Shown: positions 20,670 to 32,055 of the stretch, in pieces | Layout: the number at the start of each line of letters is the position of its first letter | Numbering within the stretch: position 1 is the first letter of the stretch | Assembly: GCA_963810095.1 (NCBI GenBank) | Contig: CAWEMM010000007.1 | Location: forward strand, 128,001 to 192,000 | DNA: 64,000 nucleotides | Direction of reading: 5' to 3' | From: an uncultured Chloroflexia bacterium | Lineage (GTDB): Bacteria; Chloroflexota; Anaerolineae; CG2-30-64-16 | Translations under genes and position numbers: made by a program | The notes under the pieces: model-generated | Told to the model about the DNA's origin: nothing | What the model saw: the letters and a program-made list of their open reading frames with translations, nothing else | Database searches by the model: none

Positions 20670-23174
20670 ATGCAGTGGACAGGGGAGTATCTGCGCCAGA
20701 AGTTTTCGGCGTGGCGCCCAGAGCGCGTCGCCTGGGTCGCACCGGTCGTGGCGCTGGCGGCATTAACGCTCGCATGGGCCTGGCCCCGGCCGGCAGCGAT
20801 CCTGCCAAGCCCTGAACCGCTGCACGGATCGCTGCCCTATGCCACGCTGCTCTGCGAGTTCGCCGGCGCCCCAACCGTCGATACTGCATCCTGGTCCGTC
20901 GCCTACTATGACCGGTTGATGCTGGGCGATCCGGACAGCGTAGACAAGTTCTGGCGCGAAGTGTCGTATGGCGCGATTAACCTCGCCGGCAGCAAGGCGT
21001 TCGGCTGGTTTCAGATGGCAAAGCCTGCTTCTGCTTATCGCCGCGGCAGCCAACCCGACCTCGACGCACTCGCGCGTGATTGCACGGCGACGGCCGACAG
21101 GGCTGCTGGCAAAGCCCTCTACTTCCCCAAATACGCAGGTCTCAACCTGGTCTTCAGCGAGTGCATCGACCGGTCGCGCGGGGGCGCAATGGAGCTCACC
21201 CTGGACGGCCGGCGGCAGACCTATCGAGTCACCTGGGTCTGCCCCGGCTACGCCAGCTCGCACCAGATCTTCAGTCACGAGATCGGGCATTCTTTCGGGC
21301 TGACGCATTCGGAGGATGCGCAGGGATCCGAATACGGGAACAACTGGGACGTGATGAGCAACGCTGCCTACTGCGCCCCCTCCACCCCCCTCGGCACGCT
21401 GGCGCAGCAGCCGATCGCCTACGATAAGGACGTGCTTGGTTGGATCGCGCCCCGGGATAAGTACATGGCGCGGGGGCCGGGCACGGTAACGATTCAGCTG
21501 GACAACCTCGAGCAGTTGCGGGCGAACTCGCCCGGCTATCTGCTCGCCGAGATCCCGCTGCCCGGCGGCCGGTTCTACACGGTCGAAGCCCGTGCGCGCA
21601 GCGGCTACGATCTCGCACTTCCCTCCGCCGGCGTGTTAATCCACGAGGTCGACCCGAGGCGCACGAATCGCGCCCGCCTGGTGACGGGCGACCCGACGGC
21701 CGGTCGCAATACGCTGCTGACCGCGATGGGCGGTTGGCCGGTCGGCTCGGCCTTCATCGACCGGGAAAACAATGTCGGGATCAGCGTCGATGCCCAAGTG
21801 GATCGCGGTTTCGTGGTCACCCTCTATCTTGCGGCTCTACCTTGGCCGCTCGCCCCGGGCCAGCAGGCACGGAGCGATGACCGGACGATGCTGGCATGGC
21901 AGCCGGCTCCGCGCGGCGAGTACGAGGTCCAGGTGTCGCGCATGGCATCCGGCTCTTCGACGGAGTGGGGCGCTACATTCGTGAGCACCCAGCCCTACCT
22001 CGAGGCGCCGCTGGCGCTTGGGCGGTATCGTTGGCAGGTACGCGCCGTTCCGGGCGGCATGTGGTCGCCGGCCCAAGACCTACTGGTAGACCGGAATCCC
22101 GGCTGGCACCCGCCCGAGCAGGTGGCCGGCGCCTTCGGTTCACTGCGGGTCCCGCCCGCGATCAGCGTCGGCGAAAACGGCCAGGTCGAGATCGCCTGGG
22201 CGCAGGACGGCCGGCAGCGCATGGTCGCCGTCACGCGGGCCGCGCTGCAGGCGGGCGCATGGGCGGTCGAGGACCTTTTCTCTCTCCCGCGGGCGTCGCA
22301 GCGCGACCTGGCGCTCTCGTTCACTCCCGCGGGCGACCTGAAGGTGGCGTGGCCGAATGGGGCCATCGGCAACCGCGGCGGGCCGTTTACCCCCGCGCTT
22401 GCCCTTGACGCAAGGGGCCGGGCGCATGCGATCTGGGCCGGCTCGGGCCAGGCGTCCGGCCTGTTCTCCGCTATCTTCGACGCGCAGGCGGCGACGGCCA
22501 GGCCGTTGGCCGCCCCACAGGTGGCCCTCGCGCCTGTCGTCCACCCGGTGCGCATCGCGGACGACGCGCCAAACGGCGAGAAGTACAGTCCCGCGCTGGC
22601 CTTGGATGGGAACGGCAACGCGCAGGCCGTGTGGATCGACACACGGGACGGGCATGCCGCGTTGTACGCCGCGCAGCAGTATTCGGGCGCCGCTTGGGGG
22701 CTCAGCCAGCGCTTGAGCGGACCAGGCACCGTCGTGTACGGGCGTCCGTCGGTCGCTGTGGATCGCACAGGCCATGCTTATTCGGTCTGGCAGAGCAGCC
22801 TTGACTGCGGCGAAGTGTCGACCCGCGAGCAAGTGAGCTTTGCCGAGCGCCTCGCCGGCCACGCATGGCAGCCCGCGGATACCTTGACCGTTGCATCGAG
22901 CGGTGCTCGCCTGATCGCGCCGGTGGTTGCGGCGAACGAAGGGGGCGAGGTGTACGCCGCTTGGGGCGAGTTGGACGGCGCCAGCTATCGCCTCTTCGCG
23001 GCCTACCGGGGCAAGGCCGGCGAGTGGAAGCCGCCCCAACTTGTGGGAGATGGGCCTGCGGAACTGGCGCCGGCCGCCTTGAGCCTGGCCGTCGGCGTGC
23101 GCGGCGACGCTTACCTCACCTGGGCCGAGACGCAGCCCGCGCACACGAGCATCCGTTTCGCCGCCGCTCACTAA
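20670..23174 (+). CDS. Secreted zinc metallopeptidase (M6/M11-like) with FN3-like and C-terminal repeat domains
   Basis: N-terminal TM/signal; 'FWREVSYG'; HEXXHXXGXXH ('HEIGHSFGLTHS'); Met-turn 'WDVMS'; 'YTVEAR..GYD'; C-terminal 'P.LALD..G.AHAIW' repeats. Confidence 0.8.
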   Translation: MQWTGEYLRQKFSAWRPERVAWVAPVVALAALTLAWAWPRPAAILPSPEPLHGSLPYATLLCEFAGAPTVDTASWSVAYYDRLMLGDPDSVDKFWREVSYGAINLAGSKAFGWFQMAKPASAYRRGSQPDLDALARDCTATADRAAGKALYFPKYAGLNLVFSECIDRSRGGAMELTLDGRRQTYRVTWVCPGYASSHQIFSHEIGHSFGLTHSEDAQGSEYGNNWDVMSNAAYCAPSTPLGTLAQQPIAYDKDVLGWIAPRDKYMARGPGTVTIQLDNLEQLRANSPGYLLAEIPLPGGRFYTVEARARSGYDLALPSAGVLIHEVDPRRTNRARLVTGDPTAGRNTLLTAMGGWPVGSAFIDRENNVGISVDAQVDRGFVVTLYLAALPWPLAPGQQARSDDRTMLAWQPAPRGEYEVQVSRMASGSSTEWGATFVSTQPYLEAPLALGRYRWQVRAVPGGMWSPAQDLLVDRNPGWHPPEQVAGAFGSLRVPPAISVGENGQVEIAWAQDGRQRMVAVTRAALQAGAWAVEDLFSLPRASQRDLALSFTPAGDLKVAWPNGAIGNRGGPFTPALALDARGRAHAIWAGSGQASGLFSAIFDAQAATARPLAAPQVALAPVVHPVRIADDAPNGEKYSPALALDGNGNAQAVWIDTRDGHAALYAAQQYSGAAWGLSQRLSGPGTVVYGRPSVAVDRTGHAYSVWQSSLDCGEVSTREQVSFAERLAGHAWQPADTLTVASSGARLIAPVVAANEGGEVYAAWGELDGASYRLFAAYRGKAGEWKPPQLVGDGPAELAPAALSLAVGVRGDAYLTWAETQPAHTSIRFAAAH

Positions 23175-23362
23175 GTATCTACCCGGGAATTAGCTGGGGC
23201 CGGTCTCTGACCGTGCCCCGTCTGGCCCGAGCACCGGCCAGGCTGGCGTACGAAACCGGCCAGAGCATTTTTAGATAGATTTCAAGCGGACCGCATCTGC
23301 CCGGCGTTCCGATTCGCGGCCGGCATACGGCCGGTTTGCTCCTGGTCCGATCGGATCCGCGC

Positions 23363-23388
23363 GCAACAAAACCCCGATTCGCTTCGTA
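23363..23388 (+). promoter_or_regulatory. Putative ECF sigma promoter (GCAAC-N17-CGTA)
   Basis: Matches the AAC/CGT ECF consensus, about 100 nt upstream of the membrane protein at 23492. Confidence 0.5.
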
Positions 23389-23491
23389 CAGATGGGTGCA
23401 GAGGATTGCTGCCCAACTTTGCAGTTGGCTGCGGACGCGACGGCGCACCGCGCGGACGGTGCGCCCGGAGCGGCGCTACAAGGAGCCATCT

Positions 23492-24046
23492 ATGAACGAC
23501 GATCGAGGACGCAATATCGGGGTGCTGGGGGTGGGCCTGGGCCTGATTGCGCTCGGCATTCTCTTCCTACTGGGAACGATCTTTCAGATCGATATCTGGG
23601 GTGTGCTCTGGCCGTTCTTCATCATCGTGCCGGGGCTGCTGTTCTTCGTCGCCATGATCAGCATCGGGAAACCGGGTGCGCCGCTCGCCGTCCCGGGGAG
23701 CATCGTGACGATGGTGGGCCTGATCTTATTCTTCCAGAACGTGACGGGGCTGTGGTCGACTTGGGCGTATGTCTGGGCGTTGATCTTTCCCACGTCGGTG
23801 GGCATCGGCATCGCGATCGCGGGGCTGTGGTCGGACGACACGAAGGCCATCCGTGCAGGCACCGCGATGGCCGGTGTGGGCGTGGCGATTCTCCTGTTCT
23901 TCGCCTTCTTCTTCGAGGTGATCCTCAACCTGAACGGCCTGCGCAGTGGCGCTATCGGCCGCATCCTGATCCCGGTGCTGGTGGTCGGCGCGGGCTTCGC
24001 ACTCCTGCTATTTGCATTGAAGCCGAAAGCAAGAATGGAACGCTGA
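23492..24046 (+). CDS. Multi-pass membrane protein (LiaF/DUF5668-like)
   Basis: AAGGAG RBS; 'GLIALGILFLL...LWPFFII' N-terminus; about 6 TM helices. Confidence 0.75.
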   Translation: MNDDRGRNIGVLGVGLGLIALGILFLLGTIFQIDIWGVLWPFFIIVPGLLFFVAMISIGKPGAPLAVPGSIVTMVGLILFFQNVTGLWSTWAYVWALIFPTSVGIGIAIAGLWSDDTKAIRAGTAMAGVGVAILLFFAFFFEVILNLNGLRSGAIGRILIPVLVVGAGFALLLFALKPKARMER

Positions 24047-24117
24047 TTGAACTGATATAGCTGATCCACTCGATCCAAAACAGATCAGGTAATCAGTCCG
24101 ATCAGTCCAATCAGCGT
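24043..24117. repeat. REP-like palindrome family C (CTGAT... / ...ATCAG)
   Basis: ctgattgaactgatatagctgatc ... gatcaggtaatcagtccgatcagtccaatcag; similar at 38682-38802 and, degenerate, at ~16120-16200. Confidence 0.7.
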
Positions 24118-24125
24118 TCTATTCG

Positions 24126-24626
24126 CTAATGCACGTGGCCGTCTTCGCTGTGGACGTGGCCGTGGTCCAGTTCTGTGGGCGTGGCCGGCCGGACGTCGAT
24201 CACCTTAACGTGGAATTGAAGGGTCTCGCCCGCCAGCGGGTGGTTGTAGTCGAGTACAACGGTGTCGCTGCGCACCTCGTAGACCGTGGCCTCGTAGGTG
24301 TCGCCCTCGTTGTCGGTCACCTCGAGCGGCATACCTTCCTCGAGCTCCATCTCGCCCGGCAAGTCGCTCTTCGCCACCTCTTCGAGCGCATCTTCATCCC
24401 AGTCGCCGTACGCGTCGTCCGGGCGCAGCGTGATGTCGCGCTCCTCGCCCACGTTCATGCCGATCATCGCGTCTTCCAGGCCGGGCAGCAACTGCTCCTG
24501 GCCCACGATGAAGCGCAGCGGCATATCCCCCTGCGTCGAATCTGCGACCTCTCCGCCGTCCAGGGTGAGCGTGAAGTCGAACGTCACCACCATGCCATCC
24601 GCCACCACGGGCGCCGTGCTATCCAT
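24126..24626 (-). CDS. slyD: FKBP-type peptidyl-prolyl isomerase SlyD
   Basis: 'GLEDAMIGM..GE', 'AYG', 'LDYNHPLAGETLQF.V.V..VR.AT..EL.HGHVH' with His-rich tail. Confidence 0.92.
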   Translation of the reverse strand: MDSTAPVVADGMVVTFDFTLTLDGGEVADSTQGDMPLRFIVGQEQLLPGLEDAMIGMNVGEERDITLRPDDAYGDWDEDALEEVAKSDLPGEMELEEGMPLEVTDNEGDTYEATVYEVRSDTVVLDYNHPLAGETLQFHVKVIDVRPATPTELDHGHVHSEDGHVH

Positions 24627-24654
24627 TAGAGTTCCCCCTTCTGAATCAGATTTC

Positions 24655-24725
24655 AACACAAAGACACCAAGGCACGAACGTTCACAAGGCCTTTGCGGGC
24701 CTTCGTGTCTTTGTGTCTTTGTGCT
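24655..24725. repeat. REP-like palindrome family A, overlapping the pepF 3' end
   Basis: aacacaaagacaccaaggcacgaa ... ttcgtgtctttgtgtctttgtg. Confidence 0.75.
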
Positions 24726-26529
24726 TATATGTTAGTTCTCGTTCTCGCTGCGCCAGCTTCTCGGCGTCGGCGACCATGCTTTCCAGGATGCTGAGACCGC
24801 CGTGCCAGAAGCCCGGGTCCTGCAGGTTCACGCCCAGGGGCGCGACGATCGCGTGCGGCCAGTCGGACCCACCGCGTGACAGCATTTCGAGGTAGGCATC
24901 GGCGAACCCTGCACCCACCTCCTTGTAGCGGGCGTACAGCGCCAACACGAGCAGCTCGCCAAATGCGTACGCGTAGACGTATCCGGGCGACCCGATAAAG
25001 TGCGGGATGTAGCTCCACCACAGCCCGTAATTCTCGGTCAGGGTGACGCTCTCGCCGAACATGGCCCGCTGTGTCTCCAGCCACAACTCGGAAAGTCGCT
25101 CGGCCGGCAGCTCGCCTTCTGCGCGGCGCGCCGTGTGGATCGCGTTCTCGAACCGGTTCATGCTGATCTGGCGGAAGGCGGTGGCGAACGAGTCTTCAAT
25201 CTTCTGCGTCAGCATGCCGAGCCGCACTTGCGGGCTCGACTCTTGCGCCATCATGGACTGAAACACCAGCATTTCGCCGAACACCGATGCGGTCTCCGCC
25301 GTGGTCAGCGGCGTATCAGCCTGCAGCACGCCCTGCACGCCCGCGAGCTTCTGGTGCACCCCGTGGCCGAGCTCGTGCGCCAGCGTCATTACGTCCCGCG
25401 GCTTGGCGTCGTAGTTCAGCAGCACGTACGGGTGGACCGAGGGCACTGTCGACGTGGCTGAAGGCGCCGCCATACTTGCCCGGGCCGGGGCGGCGCGTCG
25501 ATCCACCGCCGTTCGAAGAACCAGCCGGCGACCTCGGCCATGCGGGGATGGAACCGGCCGTACGCGTCGAGGACGATGCGCTTCGCCTCTTCCCACGTGT
25601 ACCGGTGGTCGGCTGCGGGCAAGGGCGCGTAGCGGTCGTAGTCAAACAGCTCGTCCAGCCCCAACAGTTGGCGCTTGAGCCGGTAGTAGCGCGCCACAAT
25701 GTCGTAGCGCGAGGTCACGGCATCGACCAACGCTTGCACGGTGGCGTCGTCGACCTCGTTTGCCATGTTGCGGCTGCTGATCCACGTCGGGTAGCGACGA
25801 AGCCGGTCGTCGGACGCCTTGTCGGCCAGGATCGTGTTGAAGATATAGGTGGAGCCCCGCTTCAGTCCTTGCAGCCCGCGGGTAAAGTTGCCGGCCGCCC
25901 GGCGCCGCAGCTCGCGGTCGGGCGCATACAGGTTGCTCAGAATCTGGTCGCGGCTCATTTCCTGCCCGTCCAGCTCGTAGCGCGCGGCCGACTGGGACTC
26001 GTCAAAGAAGCGTTCCCAGGCGTTGCGGCCCGTCACCGACTTCTCGGCCAGGATCTTTTCTTCCGGTTCGGTCAGCAGGTGCTTGCGATACAGGCGGACG
26101 ACTTCGAGCCAATGACGAAAGCGGGCGAGCTCGGGCGCGGCGTACCACCGGCTTGCAGCCTCGTCTGGCGCATGGGCCAGCTCCAGCTCGAGCCACACCA
26201 GCTTCTGCCCCAGCCGCGAGCCGCGCTCGGTCACCATCTGCATGCAGCGCGCCGCGCTGCGGGTCTTCGGTGTTTTGCGTCCAGTTCAACTGGGCGAACG
26301 ATCCGGCCCGACCCGCGCGCTCGCGGAGCGTCTCGAAGCGCCCCAGGAGTTCGGCAATCTCCGCAGTGGACAGGCCGGCGAGGCGGCCGCGGTACTGTGC
26401 GTCAAGCGCGTCGGCCTCCGCGTCGGCCGCATCGAGGTCGGCAATCAAGCGCGGGTCGTCCATGCCTCCGTAGAGGTCCGACAGGTCCCAGCTCGCCTCT
26501 TCGGCGCCGGTAAGAGTTGGTGTGGTCAT
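24682..26529 (-). CDS. pepF: M3B oligoendopeptidase F (frameshifts near 26240 and 25450-25490)
   Basis: 'WDLSDLY', 'WIDA...GKYGGAFS', 'TLAHELGHGVH', 'AETASVFGE', 'YVYAYAFG'; spread over three ORFs. Confidence 0.9.
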
Positions 26530-26618
26530 ATTTCTGGTTTGCTCCCAATCAGACAGCTAGCTATTCTAGAATGCTCCGGCCGGTCGGATAGACTGTAAGT
26601 GCTGCGTCGACTCATAGC

Positions 26619-26743
26619 AAAACCAGGTTTCCGCCAGAAACCTGGTTTTTGGCCACGCTGCTCGAATAGTAGGTGCGACATGTGTTTCTTGTCTGTATCC
26701 AGGTAAGCATTCAGAAACCAGGTTTCTGCCAGAAACCTGGTTG
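26619..26743. repeat. REP-like palindrome family B, two copies (AACCAGGTTTC-N-GAAACCTGGTT)
   Basis: aaaaccaggtttccgccagaaacctggtttt and gaaaccaggtttctgccagaaacctggtt; relatives at 16207, 28601-28657, 35071. Confidence 0.8.
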
Positions 26744-26749
26744 CCAACC

Positions 26750-28585
26750 CTATGCGCCCACAAAATCCATCTCGGGCGTCGCCAGCGCGGCCGTCCGCTC
26801 GTGCCGGAACTGCTGCGTGTACAGGCGATAGTACTTCCCATGCTGCCTTAGGAGCTCGGCGTGCGAGCCCTGCTCCACGATCCGGCCGTTCTCGATCACC
26901 ACGATGCGGGTGGCCTTCTTGATCGTCGACAGGCGGTGGGCGATGACGAAGCTCGTCCGCCCTTCCATTACCTGGTCCATCCCCTTCTGGATCAACGCCT
27001 CGGTCACCGTGTCCACCGAGCTCGTCGCCTCGTCCATGACCAGCACCTCGGGGTTTGCCAGCACTGCTCGGGCCAGGCTGATCAGCTGCTTCTGGCCCAC
27101 CGAGAGCCGGTTGCCGCCTTCGCCCACCTCGGCCTTGTACTTGCCCGTCAGCTTCGTAATGAACTCATCCGCGCCCGCGATACGCGCAGCCTCCTCCACC
27201 TCGGCATCTGTCGCGTTCAGCCGGCCGTAGCGGATGTTCTCCCGGATCGACCCCGAGAACAGGTGCGGCGTCTGCAGCACGACGCCGATGCGCGAGTGAA
27301 TGCTGTGCATGGTGAAGTCGCGGTAATCCTGGCCGTGGATCTTGATCGACCCGGCCTTGGGCTCATAGAAGCGGCAAACAAGGTTGACGATTGTCGACTT
27401 GCCGCCGCCCGTCGGACCGACCAGCGCGATCGTCTCGCCCGGCTGCACCTTCAGCGAGAAGTCCTGCAGCACCGGCTTGTCCGGTTCATAGTAGAAGTCC
27501 ACATGGTCGAACTCGATCTCGCCGCGGATCGTCGGCGTGGGTCGCGCGCCCTTCTTGTCATACACTTCCGGCTCCGCATCGACCAGCGAGAACGTGCGCT
27601 CGGCCGATGCGATGGCGTTCTGCATCTCGGAGTAGACGCGCGCCAGGTCCTGAACGGGCCACATCATGAACGTCACGTACGAGACGAAGGCCTGGAGCGA
27701 GCCGATAGTCATGCCGATCATGACGCCCGAGGTGCTGTCTGCCAGACCGGTGTACAGCACAATCGCCGCCACGGCGAACGCGCTGATGATCTGGACCACC
27801 GGCAGGAAGAGCGCCGAGAGCCACGCAGCCCGATACGAGGACTTGTACATGTCGTCGGTGAGGACCGCGAACTCGCGCAGGTTGGCATCCTCACGGCCCA
27901 GCCCCTTGACCACCCGCACGCCCGTGATGTTCTGGTTATACTCACCCGTGATCTTGGAGTTCAGCTTGCGCGCCTGGCGATACTGCACCAGGATTTTCGT
28001 CTTGAAGTAGATTGCAACGAAGATCAGGACCGGGATAACCGCCAGCACCACCAACGCCAGCCGCCAATTCAGCTTGAACATGAAGAACATGGACGAGCCG
28101 ATGCTGAAGAACGCCCAGGTCACGTCCAGCATGCCCCAGGTGACCAACTGCGCGATGCGCTCCGAGTCGGACGTGACACGCGACATGATCCAGCCGACGG
28201 GCGTCTTGCTGAAGTACGAGAACGACAGCTCCTGCAGGTGGTTAAACAGCTTCTTGCGCAGGTCGTATTGCACCCGCTCGCCCAGCGTGGCGGCCAGGTA
28301 GATGAAGATGAATACGCCAATGGCCTGGAATACCATCAAGGCCGCGTACTGGATGACGATCTCGCGGAGCGCGGCTGGATTCTGCGGTACGATCGCGACG
28401 TCGATGATCTGCTTCGACAGGTACGTGAAGACCGCATCCATCATCGCGACGACTGCGATGGTGATCAGGAATCCCGTGACCCACTTCCAGTGTGGGCGCA
28501 CCAGCCCGAGGATCCGCCGCAGCGTGCCGCCGTTGATCTTGGTATTAGAGAACTCTTCTTCTTCGAATTCGTAATTGTCTGCCAT
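26750..28585 (-). CDS. ABC exporter, fused permease/ATPase (second half of heterodimer)
   Basis: 6-TM domain; Walker A GPTGGGKS; signature LSVGQ; Walker B VMDEATS; IAHR. Confidence 0.93.
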   Translation of the reverse strand: MADNYEFEEEEFSNTKINGGTLRRILGLVRPHWKWVTGFLITIAVVAMMDAVFTYLSKQIIDVAIVPQNPAALREIVIQYAALMVFQAIGVFIFIYLAATLGERVQYDLRKKLFNHLQELSFSYFSKTPVGWIMSRVTSDSERIAQLVTWGMLDVTWAFFSIGSSMFFMFKLNWRLALVVLAVIPVLIFVAIYFKTKILVQYRQARKLNSKITGEYNQNITGVRVVKGLGREDANLREFAVLTDDMYKSSYRAAWLSALFLPVVQIISAFAVAAIVLYTGLADSTSGVMIGMTIGSLQAFVSYVTFMMWPVQDLARVYSEMQNAIASAERTFSLVDAEPEVYDKKGARPTPTIRGEIEFDHVDFYYEPDKPVLQDFSLKVQPGETIALVGPTGGGKSTIVNLVCRFYEPKAGSIKIHGQDYRDFTMHSIHSRIGVVLQTPHLFSGSIRENIRYGRLNATDAEVEEAARIAGADEFITKLTGKYKAEVGEGGNRLSVGQKQLISLARAVLANPEVLVMDEATSSVDTVTEALIQKGMDQVMEGRTSFVIAHRLSTIKKATRIVVIENGRIVEQGSHAELLRQHGKYYRLYTQQFRHERTAALATPEMDFVGA

Positions 28586-28654
28586 CGGAACCCCCCTCAA
28601 CAGACCGGGTTTCGCTCCAACCATGTTGGAGTTGCAGAAACCTGGTTTGCCAGG

Positions 28655-30535
<1,881 letters not shown>

Positions 30536-30802
30536 CGGAACGCTCCCGGTAAATGTCGTTCGGCCGGCCGGACCCGGCCGCGAACGATGATTGTACCATA
30601 GCAGTACAGCATCAACTAACTACGCAAAGACCGCGTGCGGGTTGCACGTGCGCTCCGCCCTTCGCGCTTCGTGTGCTTCGTTACGCTTCGCGTCGTCGTG
30701 TTCCAGGCCCCCTCCGCGTTCCGGCCTCACTGCGTGACCTTGCGCCGCAAATGGTGTAAGATTCGAGCGGAACCCGCTCTGAAAGGTCACCGTCACAAGA
30801 AC

Positions 30803-31909
30803 ATGAAGCGCTTGCATCCCCTATTCCGCCTGTGCGCCGTCGCCGTGCTCGCCGCGCTCCTTCTGGGGGCATGCAGTTCGGCTGACCTCTCGGCTGCCTA
30901 CCTCCAGGCGAATCGTACGCGGCTGGCGACGCCCGCGGCGGCCGAAAACAGGCCCACGCAGTTCGTCGTCGCGCCCGGTTCCACGGCACGGTCTATTGCG
31001 CAAAACCTGGCCGATCGCGGCCTGGTCACCGACGCCCGGCTGTTCGAGGCTTTTGTTCGCGTCAACGGGCTGGCAGCTAATCTCGAAGCCGGCACGTTTC
31101 AACTCAGCCCCCATATGACGATCCCGCAGTTGGCCTACGCCCTGACCGACGCCCGGGCAGCCGAGATCGCGATTCGGGTGCGCGAGGGCTGGCGCTTCGA
31201 GCAGACGGCCGATTACCTCAGCCAGAACACGCCGCTGGACGGGCAGGAATACCGCCAACGCGCGGCCCAGGGCGTGCTGACCGGGATCGATACGAGCAGC
31301 TACGCCGAGTTCCTCGACCCGCGGCCCGCTGGTGCGACCCTTGAAGGCTACCTAGTGCCCGACACTTACCGCCTGCCGGCCGAGGGCGCGACCGTGCTGG
31401 ACCTGTTGAAGCGGCAGCTCGACTCGTTTCGGGATCAAGTGATGCCCGCCTGGCGTGAGGCCAAGGCGGCAGGCAAGACGCAGCTCACCCTGCACCAGGT
31501 CCTCACCCTGGCCAGCATCGTGGAGCGCGAGGCGGTGGTCGACGACGAGCGGCCGACGATCGCCGCGGTGTACTTGAACCGGCTGGCGCGCAACATGCGG
31601 CTGGAAGCCGATCCGACGGTGCAATACGCCATGGGGTACCAGCCCGACAGCGGCCTCTGGTGGAAGGCGCCGGTTTACCTGCAGGAATACGACAAGGTGC
31701 AGAGCCCGTACAACACTTACAAGGTCAAGGGGCTGCCGCCGGGGCCGATCGCCGCGGCGAGCCTGAAGAGCATCGAGGCCGTGCTCAACCCGGACACGCA
31801 TGACTACCTCTTCTTCATGGCAAAGGGCGATGGGAGCGGACGGCACACCTTTGCGCGCACGTTCGAGGAGCACCTGAAGAACGTGGAGGCGTACCAGAAG
31901 GGCAACTAA
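30803..31909 (+). CDS. mltG: Endolytic peptidoglycan transglycosylase MltG (YceG)
   Basis: 'REGWR', '[10 protein letters not shown]', 'LASIVEREA', 'LEADPTVQY', 'SPYNTY..GLPPGPI'; lipobox-like LLLGAC. Confidence 0.93.
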   Translation: MKRLHPLFRLCAVAVLAALLLGACSSADLSAAYLQANRTRLATPAAAENRPTQFVVAPGSTARSIAQNLADRGLVTDARLFEAFVRVNGLAANLEAGTFQLSPHMTIPQLAYALTDARAAEIAIRVREGWRFEQTADYLSQNTPLDGQEYRQRAAQGVLTGIDTSSYAEFLDPRPAGATLEGYLVPDTYRLPAEGATVLDLLKRQLDSFRDQVMPAWREAKAAGKTQLTLHQVLTLASIVEREAVVDDERPTIAAVYLNRLARNMRLEADPTVQYAMGYQPDSGLWWKAPVYLQEYDKVQSPYNTYKVKGLPPGPIAAASLKSIEAVLNPDTHDYLFFMAKGDGSGRHTFARTFEEHLKNVEAYQKGN

Positions 31910-32055
31910 CAACAGGCGTCTCAACCTGGCGTGCATTAGTGCCGCGGCGGGCTTGACACGCGCAGAGAGCGATTTGAGCCTGGTGCAAGAGTAGCGCGTC
32001 CTACGACACTCGGCGGCGTCTTGGCATATAGTGATTAATGGGGCAGGAGGAGAGG

